Positions 8,248 to 16,641 of a stretch of 63,768 bases of DNA are shown piece by piece. Where the stretch lies: positions 1-63,768 of the forward strand of contig JADFFS010000001.1 in NCBI GenBank assembly GCA_022568195.1. Direction: 5' to 3'. Below the pieces are notes generated by a model. That model was not told where the DNA came from and made no database searches. It saw nothing but the letters and a program-made list of their open reading frames with translations. Origin of the DNA: Chloroflexota bacterium. GTDB taxonomy: Bacteria; Chloroflexota; Dehalococcoidia; Lucifugimonadales; UBA3495. How positions within the stretch are numbered: the first letter of the stretch is position 1; each line of letters starts with the position of its first letter. The translations under genes and the position numbers were made by a program.

Positions 8248-9840
8248 ATGTCGCTTGGAGCACGGCCGCCAGACATCCTGATCTTTCTCGTTAGTAACAG
8301 TCAGACACCACCGCTAAATAGAAGCACCATTGCCGCCGAAGTTGTTGATGCCCCGGCCCCACAATGCTACACTCCGACCAAATGGCGGCGGAGTCTAAGC
8401 ACCTGTTGTAACCGCCCCACGCCTAGCTTAACTCAGTCAGAAGCGCCCTCTTGTCGAGAGGGCTTAGGACATAGGGCTTTGGGCGAACCCTCCCCCCAGA
8501 TCAACCCGGCTCCGGCGGCGAGCGCTTCATCCGCCAACGCCTTCGTCGGTCGCGAGCCGGAAATGGTACAGCTCAAGACCGCCTTGGAGAGTACATTGGC
8601 TGGCCAGGGCCGGTTGGTGATGCTGGCGGGTGAACCCGGTATCGGAAAGACCCGAACCGCCCAGGAGCTGGCGTCATACGCTGTGGAGCGCGGGGCTCGC
8701 GTTCTATGGGGTTGGTGTTACGAAGAAGAAGGCGCCCCGCCCTATTGGCCGTGGGTACAAGCCATCCGGCAATACGCCCAAGAAACCAATGCCCAACAAT
8801 TACGCGCCGAGATGGGGCCGGGCGCGGCGGACATTGCCGAGATCGTCCCGGACTTGCGGACCAAGTTGACCGATTTGCAAACTCCTCCCGCGCTGGAGCC
8901 GGAGCAAGCCCGGTTCCGGCTCTTCGACTCCATAGCCGGCTTCCTCCAAAAGGGGTCTCAAACCCAACCATTGGTGATTATCCTGGATGACTTGCACTGG
9001 GCCGACCGGTCGTCCATGCTGTTGCTCGAGTTCCTGGTAAGAGTGATAGGCGCCAGCCACATTATGCTGGTAGGCGCCTATAGAGACGTCGAAGTGTCCC
9101 GCCGTCATCCTTTGTCTCAGACCATCGGAACCCTGGTTAAAGAGCCTCACTTCCAAAGGGTTCAGTTGAGTGGACTGACTCAACAAGAGGTGAGCGACTA
9201 CGTCGAGAACATTACCGGGACTACCCTGAGCCAGCAGGCAGCGGAGATTGTTTACCGGCGAACCGAAGGCAATCCCCTGTTCCTGGGAGAAGTAGCCCGC
9301 CTCTTGGGCTCCGCTGATCCGGTAGAAGAACCAACCTGGGCTAACACCATCCCCGAAGGCATTCGCGATGCCATTGGCCGGCGCCTGAACCGGCTATCCG
9401 ACCAATGCAACCGGGTGCTAACCACCGCTTCCATCATCGGGCGCGAGTTCGACTTCGCCGTGCTTAAAGCCCTGTTGGACGACATCGATGAAGGAGGTAT
9501 TCTGGAGTCCGTCGACGAGGCTGTGCGGGCGCAACTGATCGAAGGAGCGTCCGGGGGAACGGACCGCTACCAGTTCAGTCACGCGCTGATCCAACAGACG
9601 CTGGCCGAGGAGCTGACCACCAGCCGGAGGGTGAGGCTACACGCCAGTATCGCCACCACTCTGGAGGACTTGTACCACGCGATATTCAAGCCCACGCCAA
9701 CGAGCTGGCCCACCACTTCGCTGAGGCCGAGCCGGTCTTGGGCGCAGAGAAGCTGGTGCGATACTCCCTGCTGGCCGGGGAGCAGGCACTGGAGGGCTAT
9801 GCCTACGAGGAGGCAGAGACTTACTTCCAGCGGGGACTGA
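8248..9840 (+). CDS. STAND/AAA ATPase-LuxR family regulator, N-terminal fragment (frameshifted gene)
   Basis: FVGREPEMVQLKTAL...LVMLAGEPGIGKTRTAQEL (Walker A) and LVIILDDLHWADRSS (Walker B) are typical of large ATP-dependent LuxR regulators. The family-like sequence ends at LEDLY (9675), after which this frame turns into low-complexity read-through. Confidence 0.7.
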   Translation: MSLGARPPDILIFLVSNSQTPPLNRSTIAAEVVDAPAPQCYTPTKWRRSLSTCCNRPTPSLTQSEAPSCREGLGHRALGEPSPQINPAPAASASSANAFVGREPEMVQLKTALESTLAGQGRLVMLAGEPGIGKTRTAQELASYAVERGARVLWGWCYEEEGAPPYWPWVQAIRQYAQETNAQQLRAEMGPGAADIAEIVPDLRTKLTDLQTPPALEPEQARFRLFDSIAGFLQKGSQTQPLVIILDDLHWADRSSMLLLEFLVRVIGASHIMLVGAYRDVEVSRRHPLSQTIGTLVKEPHFQRVQLSGLTQQEVSDYVENITGTTLSQQAAEIVYRRTEGNPLFLGEVARLLGSADPVEEPTWANTIPEGIRDAIGRRLNRLSDQCNRVLTTASIIGREFDFAVLKALLDDIDEGGILESVDEAVRAQLIEGASGGTDRYQFSHALIQQTLAEELTTSRRVRLHASIATTLEDLYHAIFKPTPTSWPTTSLRPSRSWAQRSWCDTPCWPGSRHWRAMPTRRQRLTSSGD

Positions 9841-11441
9841 TAGCCAAGGAAGGGACGGTGACCAGTACGGACTCAGCTGCAGACTCGGAAACGGCTGAGC
9901 TACTGTTTGGGTTGGGCCGGGCCCAGGCCGTTCTTCAGAGAGGGGAAGCATTCACTAGCCTTGGCCGTGCGTTCGACTACTACGTCGAAGTTGGGGATGT
10001 AGGTCGGATAGTAGCCATCGCTGAATACCCTGACTACGGGACAGGATTGTGGCGGGGAACAGGGGTTGTTCAGCTCATCGTCCGTGCTCTTGAGCAGGTT
10101 CCGCCACATTCCCACGAAGCGGGCCGCCTATTATGCCAACACGGCCAAGTTGTGGGACTACGGGATGGTGATTACCAAGAAGCTCAAGATGCCTTCGAAC
10201 AAGCGCTGGTTATCGCCCGGCGTGAAGGGGATGCACTTCTCCAGATGCAGACTTTGGGCGCCGCCACCACCGTGGCTTCGAACCACATGCGCTATGACGT
10301 GTGTCTGGAGCACAGCCTCCATGCGATTGAGCTGGCGAGCCAGGTTGATGACCCCCGTTCCGAGGTGACCGCCCGCTATTTTGCCGTAACCTGCTTCATC
10401 AATAACGGAGACCTCGAGGGTGCTCGCGAACACGCCTTTCCTATGCTGACCGCCGCCGAGCGGCTGCGCGATCGCTTCTGGCTGGCCGGTGCGTTGTGGA
10501 AGAACGAGATCGTGTACCGACTTGCAGGAGAATGGCGGATCGCCCGGGACCTGACCGATCGCGGATTGCTAGTTGCGTCTGTTCCCGTGCTCCTGCTCAC
10601 AGACCGAGTAATGCTGGAGTTCGAAGTCGGAGACGTTTCCCAGGGTGAGGCTTTCTTGGAACGCCTGTTGGAAGACCCACACCGGACGGAACTCGACCAA
10701 GGTTGCAAGGCGATGGCGGTGGCGCTGGTTTCACGCATTAACGGAGTGGTCGAACATCTCGACGCCGCGAAGTCCATAGCCCAAGCCGTGCTCGAATCTG
10801 CCCCGGCGACCCCTAGTGCAACTGAAAGAGCCCGGATTGCCTTGGCATTGACGGCGGTGCAGCAGAAAGATATCACATTGGCAGCTAACCAGTACGCTGC
10901 CCTGAAGTCTCGGCAGGCCACCATGTTGTTTTGGGCGGTCAGCGCCGACCGGCTGTTGGGGCTCCTCTTATCCACGATGGGCGAAATAGATCAGGCACTG
11001 GTCCACTTCGACAATGCCCTAGCCTTCTGCCGTCGCGCTGGCTACCGGCCCGAATACGCCTGGACCTGCTACGACTACGCTGGCACCTTAATGTCGCGCG
11101 GTAGACCCGGTTCCCGGGCGAAGGCGATGTCATTACTGGACGAGGCCCTGGAAGTTAGCAGCGACTTGGGCATGCGTCCTCTCACGGAAAAGGCAGCAGC
11201 CCTTCGGGAGAGCGCCCCATCTCCCCAAGGCCGGGCACCCCAGTTCCCCGACGGTTTGACCCAACGGGAAGTGCAGGTATTGCGACTGGTCGCCACCGGC
11301 AAGACCGACCGGGAAATTGCGGACGAGCTGATCATCGGGGTCCGGACCGTGACCACCCACGTGGGCAACATCTTAGGAAAGACCCGCTCCGCCAACCGCA
11401 CCGAAGCCGCCGCCTACGCCGCCCGGAACGGACTCACCTAG
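9738..11441 (+). CDS. STAND/AAA ATPase-LuxR family regulator, C-terminal fragment (TPR-like region plus LuxR HTH)
   Basis: The C-terminus LTQREVQVLRLVATGKTDREIADELIIGVRTVTTHVGNILGKTRSANRTEAAAYA is a LuxR/GerE HTH. This frame is already family-like from 9681 (DIQAHANELAHHFAEAEPVLGAEK). Confidence 0.75.
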   Translation: MGAEKLVRYSLLAGEQALEGYAYEEAETYFQRGLIAKEGTVTSTDSAADSETAELLFGLGRAQAVLQRGEAFTSLGRAFDYYVEVGDVGRIVAIAEYPDYGTGLWRGTGVVQLIVRALEQVPPHSHEAGRLLCQHGQVVGLRDGDYQEAQDAFEQALVIARREGDALLQMQTLGAATTVASNHMRYDVCLEHSLHAIELASQVDDPRSEVTARYFAVTCFINNGDLEGAREHAFPMLTAAERLRDRFWLAGALWKNEIVYRLAGEWRIARDLTDRGLLVASVPVLLLTDRVMLEFEVGDVSQGEAFLERLLEDPHRTELDQGCKAMAVALVSRINGVVEHLDAAKSIAQAVLESAPATPSATERARIALALTAVQQKDITLAANQYAALKSRQATMLFWAVSADRLLGLLLSTMGEIDQALVHFDNALAFCRRAGYRPEYAWTCYDYAGTLMSRGRPGSRAKAMSLLDEALEVSSDLGMRPLTEKAAALRESAPSPQGRAPQFPDGLTQREVQVLRLVATGKTDREIADELIIGVRTVTTHVGNILGKTRSANRTEAAAYAARNGLT

Positions 11442-11903
11442 CTCACTGCACGCCACCTCGCCCCTCCGGCCACCACCTATTTCCTGTCAGAACCACTGTC
11501 CACCGGGTACGTCTGCCTCCCATCCTGCAGGTTTAGCATCCCCGATTTCAGAGGACAGGCCATCGGTTTAGGCGATGGGATTGTCGGTTCGACCTATCCA
11601 TTTCCGTGCCAATTCGTACCCGCATTCGTAACTCTTCGCCGCCTACTCCTTGGACAATCCGCAGTTTCGCGGATGTACGCCCATGTCTAACCTACGTTTA
11701 TACGAATAGTGTCGGAGGAGACGTCATGACCGCCCCGATAGCAACGCGGCGGCCTATTTATTACACCCATTGGGGTCTTTTACCTCAGCCCGAGTATAAT
11801 GTCCAAAGCCCATCCTATTCCCCTGATGCCCTGGCTGGTATAGAATCTAATACAGGGCGACTTGGCGCCTGATGTATGCTGAGACCGAGGGTCGATAGCG
11901 ACT

Positions 11904-12578
11904 GTGTTCGACGAATACGTCCTAATCCAAAAGGTCCTATCAGCAGTGCTGGTGGGCTACCTTTTGGGTTCTATTCCCTTCGCTCGCACCGCCGCGCGTC
12001 TGCGGGGCGTTGACATCTTCTCCACGGGCAGCCACATGGCCGGCACCGCCAATGTTTTCTGGAACATCGGCCGGTGGACCGGGACCTTGGTGTTCGTGGG
12101 AGACGTGGCCAAGGGCTCGGCGGCGGTTGTCATTGCCGGGCTGTTGGAAGTGCCCGCGCCCTTGATCCTGCTGGTGGCCGCCGCCGCGATATTCGGCCAT
12201 TGGATGTCGGTATTTGCGCGCTTCCGAGGGGGCGACGGGATGGCCCCATTGATGGGTGTGACGCTGGCGATGGAACCGGCGCTGGCCCTTCTGGGAATCG
12301 CAGCCGGATTCGCCGTAATATTGCTGCTCTCGCACAGGCCGCTACGATCGTCTTGGGGAATAATCTGTTGCTTCGCGGTTATGCTGACGCTGAGCCTATA
12401 CTACCAGGTCGACCGTGGCCTGGTGTTGGGCCTGACGTCGCTGGCCGGCCTGGTCCTGATACGTAGCACCTTGGTCCGGCGTCGAAGGACGCGCAGGGCC
12501 GGCGCGGGCGTGGCGCTGCCACTCAGCGCCATCGATCCTGAGCCAGACCTGGGACCTCCCGCGCCGGAGAGCCCATAG
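11904..12578 (+). CDS. plsY: Glycerol-3-phosphate acyltransferase PlsY (paralogue 1)
   Basis: VGYLLGSIPFARTAARLRGVDIFSTGSHMAGTANVFWNIG matches the PlsY N-terminal signature (GSIP...G.D.R..GS.N.GATNV). Multi-TM protein. GTG start. Confidence 0.75.
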   Translation: MFDEYVLIQKVLSAVLVGYLLGSIPFARTAARLRGVDIFSTGSHMAGTANVFWNIGRWTGTLVFVGDVAKGSAAVVIAGLLEVPAPLILLVAAAAIFGHWMSVFARFRGGDGMAPLMGVTLAMEPALALLGIAAGFAVILLLSHRPLRSSWGIICCFAVMLTLSLYYQVDRGLVLGLTSLAGLVLIRSTLVRRRRTRRAGAGVALPLSAIDPEPDLGPPAPESP

Positions 12579-12586
12579 CTTCGAGG

Positions 12587-13768
12587 TTACCCCGGAGTCC
12601 TGCCCCGTTCCTGCTTTATCCCCCGCAGCTTCAAAACCCAGCCCAGGTCATCATCGTCGCTGGCTTCTGCTCTAAGGTCGGGCACCAGTTCCATGGCCTT
12701 TTCCAGGTGGGGTAAACAGCTTTCGACGTCACCGGACTGGGCGTATAACCGGGCCGCGTTGTAGTGAGCGGCGGCGAATTCCGGAGCGGATCCCACTGCC
12801 GCCAGGTACTCGGACAGAGCCTCTTCAATTTCGCCCAGGGCCTCGAAGGCGGCGCCCCGGTTGCTCAGAGACTCAGCGAAGTCGGGTCGCAAAGCCACGG
12901 CGCTGGCGTAGTCGCTCAGCGCTTTCTCATATTCCTCTTGGGCATCGAAGGCCAGCCCCCGATTGTTAAACGCCTCAGCATCGTCGGGCAAGAACTCGAT
13001 GACCCGCGAGTAGTCGGTGATAGTGTCCTCGATATGACCCAGGTAGTAGTGGGTCCTGGCCCGGTTGAAGTAGGCGTCGCCATTAGACGGATTGCATTCG
13101 ATCGCTGTGGTGTAATCAGCGATCGCCTCCTGGTGCTTCCCCAACTCGTCCTGGGACGCGCCCCGGTTCAAATAAGCGTTGGATAGTTCGGGGCGCAAAG
13201 CAATGGCCCGGTCGAACGCTTCCACCGCCTCCTCATGGCGGTCCAACCTGGCCAGGACGACTCCCCTGTTGTAGATTGCCTGAAGGTAATCGGGCCTTAG
13301 TTCGATGGCCCGGGCGTAGTCGCCCACGGCCAACTCCCTGGTCCGCAGGTCGTCGTAGGCGTTTCCCCTCTGGTAGTAGATCTCTGGCAGGCCGGACCCC
13401 TGTTCTAGCAGCAGGGTAAGGTGGTCTACCGCCTCTTGGGGTTGGCGCAACCGCAGGCAGGCCAGGGCCAGGTTGAAACGGGCGTCCGGATTGTCTGGCC
13501 CGTCTTCCAGCACATGCTGATAAACGGCGGCGGCGTCATCATACCTAGCCACCGCAAAACAACCGTTGCCGTAGACCAGTTCGCTTGTTTTTAGTCGGGA
13601 CAGGGGCTCCAGCTCCGAGAGGACCTCTTCCACCTGCCGGCATGCCGCCCCGGTCAACCTACCGCCCCTGGGCCGGGGCGTCAAACGGTCCACGCCGATG
13701 GCGTGCTCGATCAGCAAATCGCCTAGTTGTTTTAATAGCTGTTTTAGTAGAGCGTCATTTCGAGGCAT
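12587..13768 (-). CDS. Tetratricopeptide (TPR) repeat protein
   Basis: 393 aa. Repeated 34-aa units with A..Y..A(I/L)...P....A..NRG patterns run through the C-terminal 300 aa. Confidence 0.8.
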   Translation of the reverse strand: MPRNDALLKQLLKQLGDLLIEHAIGVDRLTPRPRGGRLTGAACRQVEEVLSELEPLSRLKTSELVYGNGCFAVARYDDAAAVYQHVLEDGPDNPDARFNLALACLRLRQPQEAVDHLTLLLEQGSGLPEIYYQRGNAYDDLRTRELAVGDYARAIELRPDYLQAIYNRGVVLARLDRHEEAVEAFDRAIALRPELSNAYLNRGASQDELGKHQEAIADYTTAIECNPSNGDAYFNRARTHYYLGHIEDTITDYSRVIEFLPDDAEAFNNRGLAFDAQEEYEKALSDYASAVALRPDFAESLSNRGAAFEALGEIEEALSEYLAAVGSAPEFAAAHYNAARLYAQSGDVESCLPHLEKAMELVPDLRAEASDDDDLGWVLKLRGIKQERGRTPG

Positions 13769-13895
13769 GGTTATTCAGGGCCTGGGCAGGCGGAGGTTGT
13801 TGCAGCCGGGCGCTGGGAATAGAACCTCTGGGATTTAAGGACTGAACGTAGACTAGTATAGGATACCATGCCGGTCCCTAGGGGACCCGCTCAAG

Positions 13896-13924
13896 TTGAA
13901 CAATGAGGTCCCCAGCCGTAAAAT
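13896..13924 (+). promoter_or_regulatory. Sigma70-like promoter (TTGAAC-17 nt-TAAAAT)
   Basis: -35 TTGAAC at 13896-13901, 17-nt spacer, -10 TAAAAT at 13919-13924. It lies about 38 nt upstream of the GTG start of the glutaredoxin-like gene, which has a GAGGGAG RBS. Confidence 0.5.
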
Positions 13925-13961
13925 ATACTGAGAACGTCCACTCTTTACGAGGGAGTCACAA

Positions 13962-14201
13962 GTGACACAAGCGAGCGAGCCGGCCGTAATCATTTACACC
14001 CACCCCGACTGCGCCTTTTCTGCGGCCGCCAAAATGGACTACCGCCACCGCAACGTCGCCTACATCGAGATCGACGTTTCCAAAGAACCGGACAAAATCC
14101 CCGACCTATTAAAGCTGACCGGCGGCGAGCGCTTGACCCCCGTGATCGTCGAAAACGGCCAAGCCACCGTCGGATTCAAAGGCGGCTCTTGAGACTTCTA
14201 A
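13962..14201 (+). CDS. Glutaredoxin-like protein, candidate C-terminal selenoprotein (Sec-x-x-stop). The conventional ORF ends at TGA 14190-14192.
   Basis: Glutaredoxin fold: VIIYTHPDCAFSAAAK...TPVIVENGQATVGFKGG. The ORF stops at TGA and is followed by GAC TTC TAA. A hairpin lies 13 nt after the TGA. Confidence 0.55.
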
Positions 14202-14205
14202 CCGA

Positions 14206-14219
14206 GGGCCAGTTGGCCC
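14206..14219 (+). promoter_or_regulatory. Candidate minimal bacterial SECIS-like hairpin
   Basis: GGGCC-AGUU-GGCCC: 5-bp GC stem, 4-nt loop containing GU, starting 13 nt 3' of the UGA at 14190-14192. Confidence 0.3.
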
Positions 14220-14366
14220 AACATTCGACCTTCTAAAAATTTCCCGGAGCCTTCACGGCCCGGGATACCTCTCACAGTCTGCACTGACATTCACTCATTG
14301 TTGCCCCTCTTAGGGTATGTTAGCATCCTGCCAGATTTCCCAGACTCACATTAGGACGGATGAGCG

Positions 14367-15503
14367 ATGGCGAATGGTACCGACAAAGACAAGCAGGCGG
14401 CACTGGAAATCGCCCTGGCCCACATCGAAAAGGACTACGGCAAGGGTGCGGTCATGCGCTTGGGCGAGATCTCCCAGCTTTTGATGACCGAAGTCATCTC
14501 CACGGGCTCCTTGGCCCTGGACGTGGCCTTGGGTGCCGGGGGCGTCCCCAAGGGGCGAGTAACCGAGATCTTCGGGGCCGAGTCGGCGGGTAAGTCCACC
14601 CTGGCCATCCACATCATGGCCGAGACGCAAAAGGCCGGGGGTATCGCTGCCTACATCGATGTGGAGCACGCCATGGACCCAGCCTACGCCGGCAACTGCG
14701 GGCTGGACCTGGACACCTTGCTCATAGCCCAACCCGACAGCGGAGAACAAGCCCTGGATATTACCGAACAACTGGTACGCAGCGGAGCTATAGATGCTAT
14801 CATCATCGACAGCGTTGCCGCCTTGGTCCCCCAAGCGGAGATCGAGGGCGACATGGGAGATGCCCACATGGGCGCCCAAGCCCGTTTGATGTCGCAGGCG
14901 CTGCGCAAGCTGACCTCCGCCATCCACCGCTCCCGCACGGCAGTCATTTTCATCAACCAACTACGGGAGAAAATAGGCGTCTCCTATGGCAATCCCGAGG
15001 TGACTCCAGGCGGCCGGGCATTAAAGTTTTACAGCTCTGTGCGCATCGACCTGCGCCGCATCGAATCCATCAAGCAGGGGACGGAAATTATAGGCAGCCG
15101 GATACGCGCCCGGGTAGTAAAGAACAAGATCGCGGCTCCATTCCGGGTTGCCGAGTTCGACATCATGTTCAATCACGGCATCAGCAGAATGGGCGACCTG
15201 TTGGAGCTGGGCACTACTCAAGGGATAGTGAAAAAGTCTGGGGCCTTTTACTCATACGGGGACACCCGCCTGGGCCAAGGGCGGGAGAATTCCAAGGAGT
15301 TTTTGACTCAACACCCAGAGATCGCTGCTTCCCTGGAGGCCCGCATTCGCGACCAGTCACCATCCCAAGGTGTTCCTCCCGCGACAGAGCCGCCTGCTGA
15401 CGAGAACGATGCGGGCAGCCTCCTTGCCACTTCGCCGCCTGCTGACGAGAACGATGCGGGCAGCCTCCTTGCCACTTCGCCGCAGACCGAGGAGACCGAA
15501 TAG
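14367..15503 (+). CDS. recA: Recombinase RecA
   Basis: [46 protein letters not shown] (Walker A) and [11 protein letters not shown] are unmistakable RecA motifs. Confidence 0.97.
   Translation: MANGTDKDKQAALEIALAHIEKDYGKGAVMRLGEISQLLMTEVISTGSLALDVALGAGGVPKGRVTEIFGAESAGKSTLAIHIMAETQKAGGIAAYIDVEHAMDPAYAGNCGLDLDTLLIAQPDSGEQALDITEQLVRSGAIDAIIIDSVAALVPQAEIEGDMGDAHMGAQARLMSQALRKLTSAIHRSRTAVIFINQLREKIGVSYGNPEVTPGGRALKFYSSVRIDLRRIESIKQGTEIIGSRIRARVVKNKIAAPFRVAEFDIMFNHGISRMGDLLELGTTQGIVKKSGAFYSYGDTRLGQGRENSKEFLTQHPEIAASLEARIRDQSPSQGVPPATEPPADENDAGSLLATSPPADENDAGSLLATSPQTEETE
15390..15479 (+). repeat. Perfect 45-bp tandem duplication inside the recA 3' end
   Basis: CCGCCTGCTGACGAGAACGATGCGGGCAGCCTCCTTGCCACTTCG occurs twice back to back (15390-15434 and 15435-15479). 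It encodes [15 protein letters not shown] twice. Confidence 0.95.
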
Positions 15504-15615
15504 CGGTCGCTCTCAACAGCGGGCGTTCTGATCCGCTGCCATTCGGTTTGGTGGACCGGCCCATAACCGGCATCTTCGCGTCTGAATTTGCCAGCTTAAG
15601 CGTGACCAGCAATCT

Positions 15616-16152
15616 ATGGAGCAGGACACCGAAAAACAGCGGGACGCCGATTACGTAAGCGCTACGCGGTCCGCCCTCCACCTCTTGAGCTACCGGGCCC
15701 GCAGCGAAGCCGAGGTCCGGCGCCGTCTATCCCGCCGCCATCACGCCCACACCATCGAATCGGTGATCGAAACTCTCAAGGCCCAGGGGTATTTGGACGA
15801 TGCCGCCTTCGCTCGCCAGTGGCGCAGCCAAAGGGAGCGGCGGCGGCCCCGAGGGCAGGCCTTGCTGCGGCAGGAATTGACGCGCTTGGGGGTTTCCGCG
15901 GAGGTGGTCCGGGAGGCTCTGGAGGATTTCAACGCTGGGGACAACGCTTATCGTGCCGCCCAGGGGCTGGCGACGCGCCTGGCGGGAAAGGATCACCCTG
16001 AATTCCGGCGGCGTCTCTGGGCCCACCTGCAACGCCGGGGGTTCGAGCATGCCGTGATTGGCGAAACTGTACAGGCTCTTTGGCAAGAGCTGCGGGAGAG
16101 CCTAGCGGACCCGTTGCACGGCGACGAAGACTCCAGCGATGATCAAGAGTAA
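15616..16152 (+). CDS. recX: RecA regulator RecX
   Basis: ALHLLSYRARSEAEVRRRLSRR...VIETLKAQGYLDDAAFARQW shows the three-repeat RecX architecture. It lies directly downstream of recA. Confidence 0.85.
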   Translation: MEQDTEKQRDADYVSATRSALHLLSYRARSEAEVRRRLSRRHHAHTIESVIETLKAQGYLDDAAFARQWRSQRERRRPRGQALLRQELTRLGVSAEVVREALEDFNAGDNAYRAAQGLATRLAGKDHPEFRRRLWAHLQRRGFEHAVIGETVQALWQELRESLADPLHGDEDSSDDQE

Positions 16153-16617
16153 GCCAAAGGGTCCATAAAACGGCCCGACTATCAACCAGGTGATAAGAAA
16201 GGCGCCTCCCACCGAGCTGCCGGCGATCAAGGCCAATCCTTTGCTCCGCTTCCGGTTCACCGAAAGGCTGAGCAGTTCCCCAGCCCCGTAGCCCAAGCCC
16301 AAGGATACCAGGCCAGGCAGGTATGGGATTGCACCGAAAATGGAAATGAACACCGACCACAAAATACCACCAAAAAGGGCGATCGCTACTGCGGTACCGA
16401 TAGCGCGCGCGTAGTAGGCAGGCTGGACATCGAAGGTGGGCATCCGTACTGCCTTGCCACATTCCCGGCAACGTATACCCACCGGAGCCTGCACCATGCA
16501 CTGGGGGCAGATCGCCTTGCTACACTGACTACAGGACAGCCCTGTCTCTACGTCCGGATGCCAGTGACAGTGAGTAACCGTCTCCCGGCCTTGTTCTCTC
16601 GGTTGTGACTGTTCCAT
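16102..16617 (-). CDS. B-box-type zinc-ribbon membrane protein (hypothetical)
   Basis: N-terminal CHWHPD..LSCSQCSKAICPQCMV....IRCRECG Cys/His cluster, followed by 3-4 hydrophobic helices. The 3' end overlaps the recX 3' end by 51 nt. Confidence 0.6.
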   Translation of the reverse strand: MEQSQPREQGRETVTHCHWHPDVETGLSCSQCSKAICPQCMVQAPVGIRCRECGKAVRMPTFDVQPAYYARAIGTAVAIALFGGILWSVFISIFGAIPYLPGLVSLGLGYGAGELLSLSVNRKRSKGLALIAGSSVGGAFLITWLIVGPFYGPFGLLLIIAGVFVAVQRVR

Positions 16618-16641
16618 GTTACTTCGTAGACTGCCTGCCAG

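Noticed and set aside
11606-11725. First 40 codons of the 88-aa ORF 11606..11872
   Set aside because: It has a GTG-type start with no RBS and an implausible sequence. Only the internal ATG at 11726 has a good Shine-Dalgarno, and even that ORF is reported only as a low-confidence finding.
14193-14366. LexA/SOS box upstream of recA
   Set aside because: No GAAC-N4-GTTC or CTGT-N8-ACAG-type palindrome is visible. The SOS operator of this lineage may differ, so absence is not conclusive.
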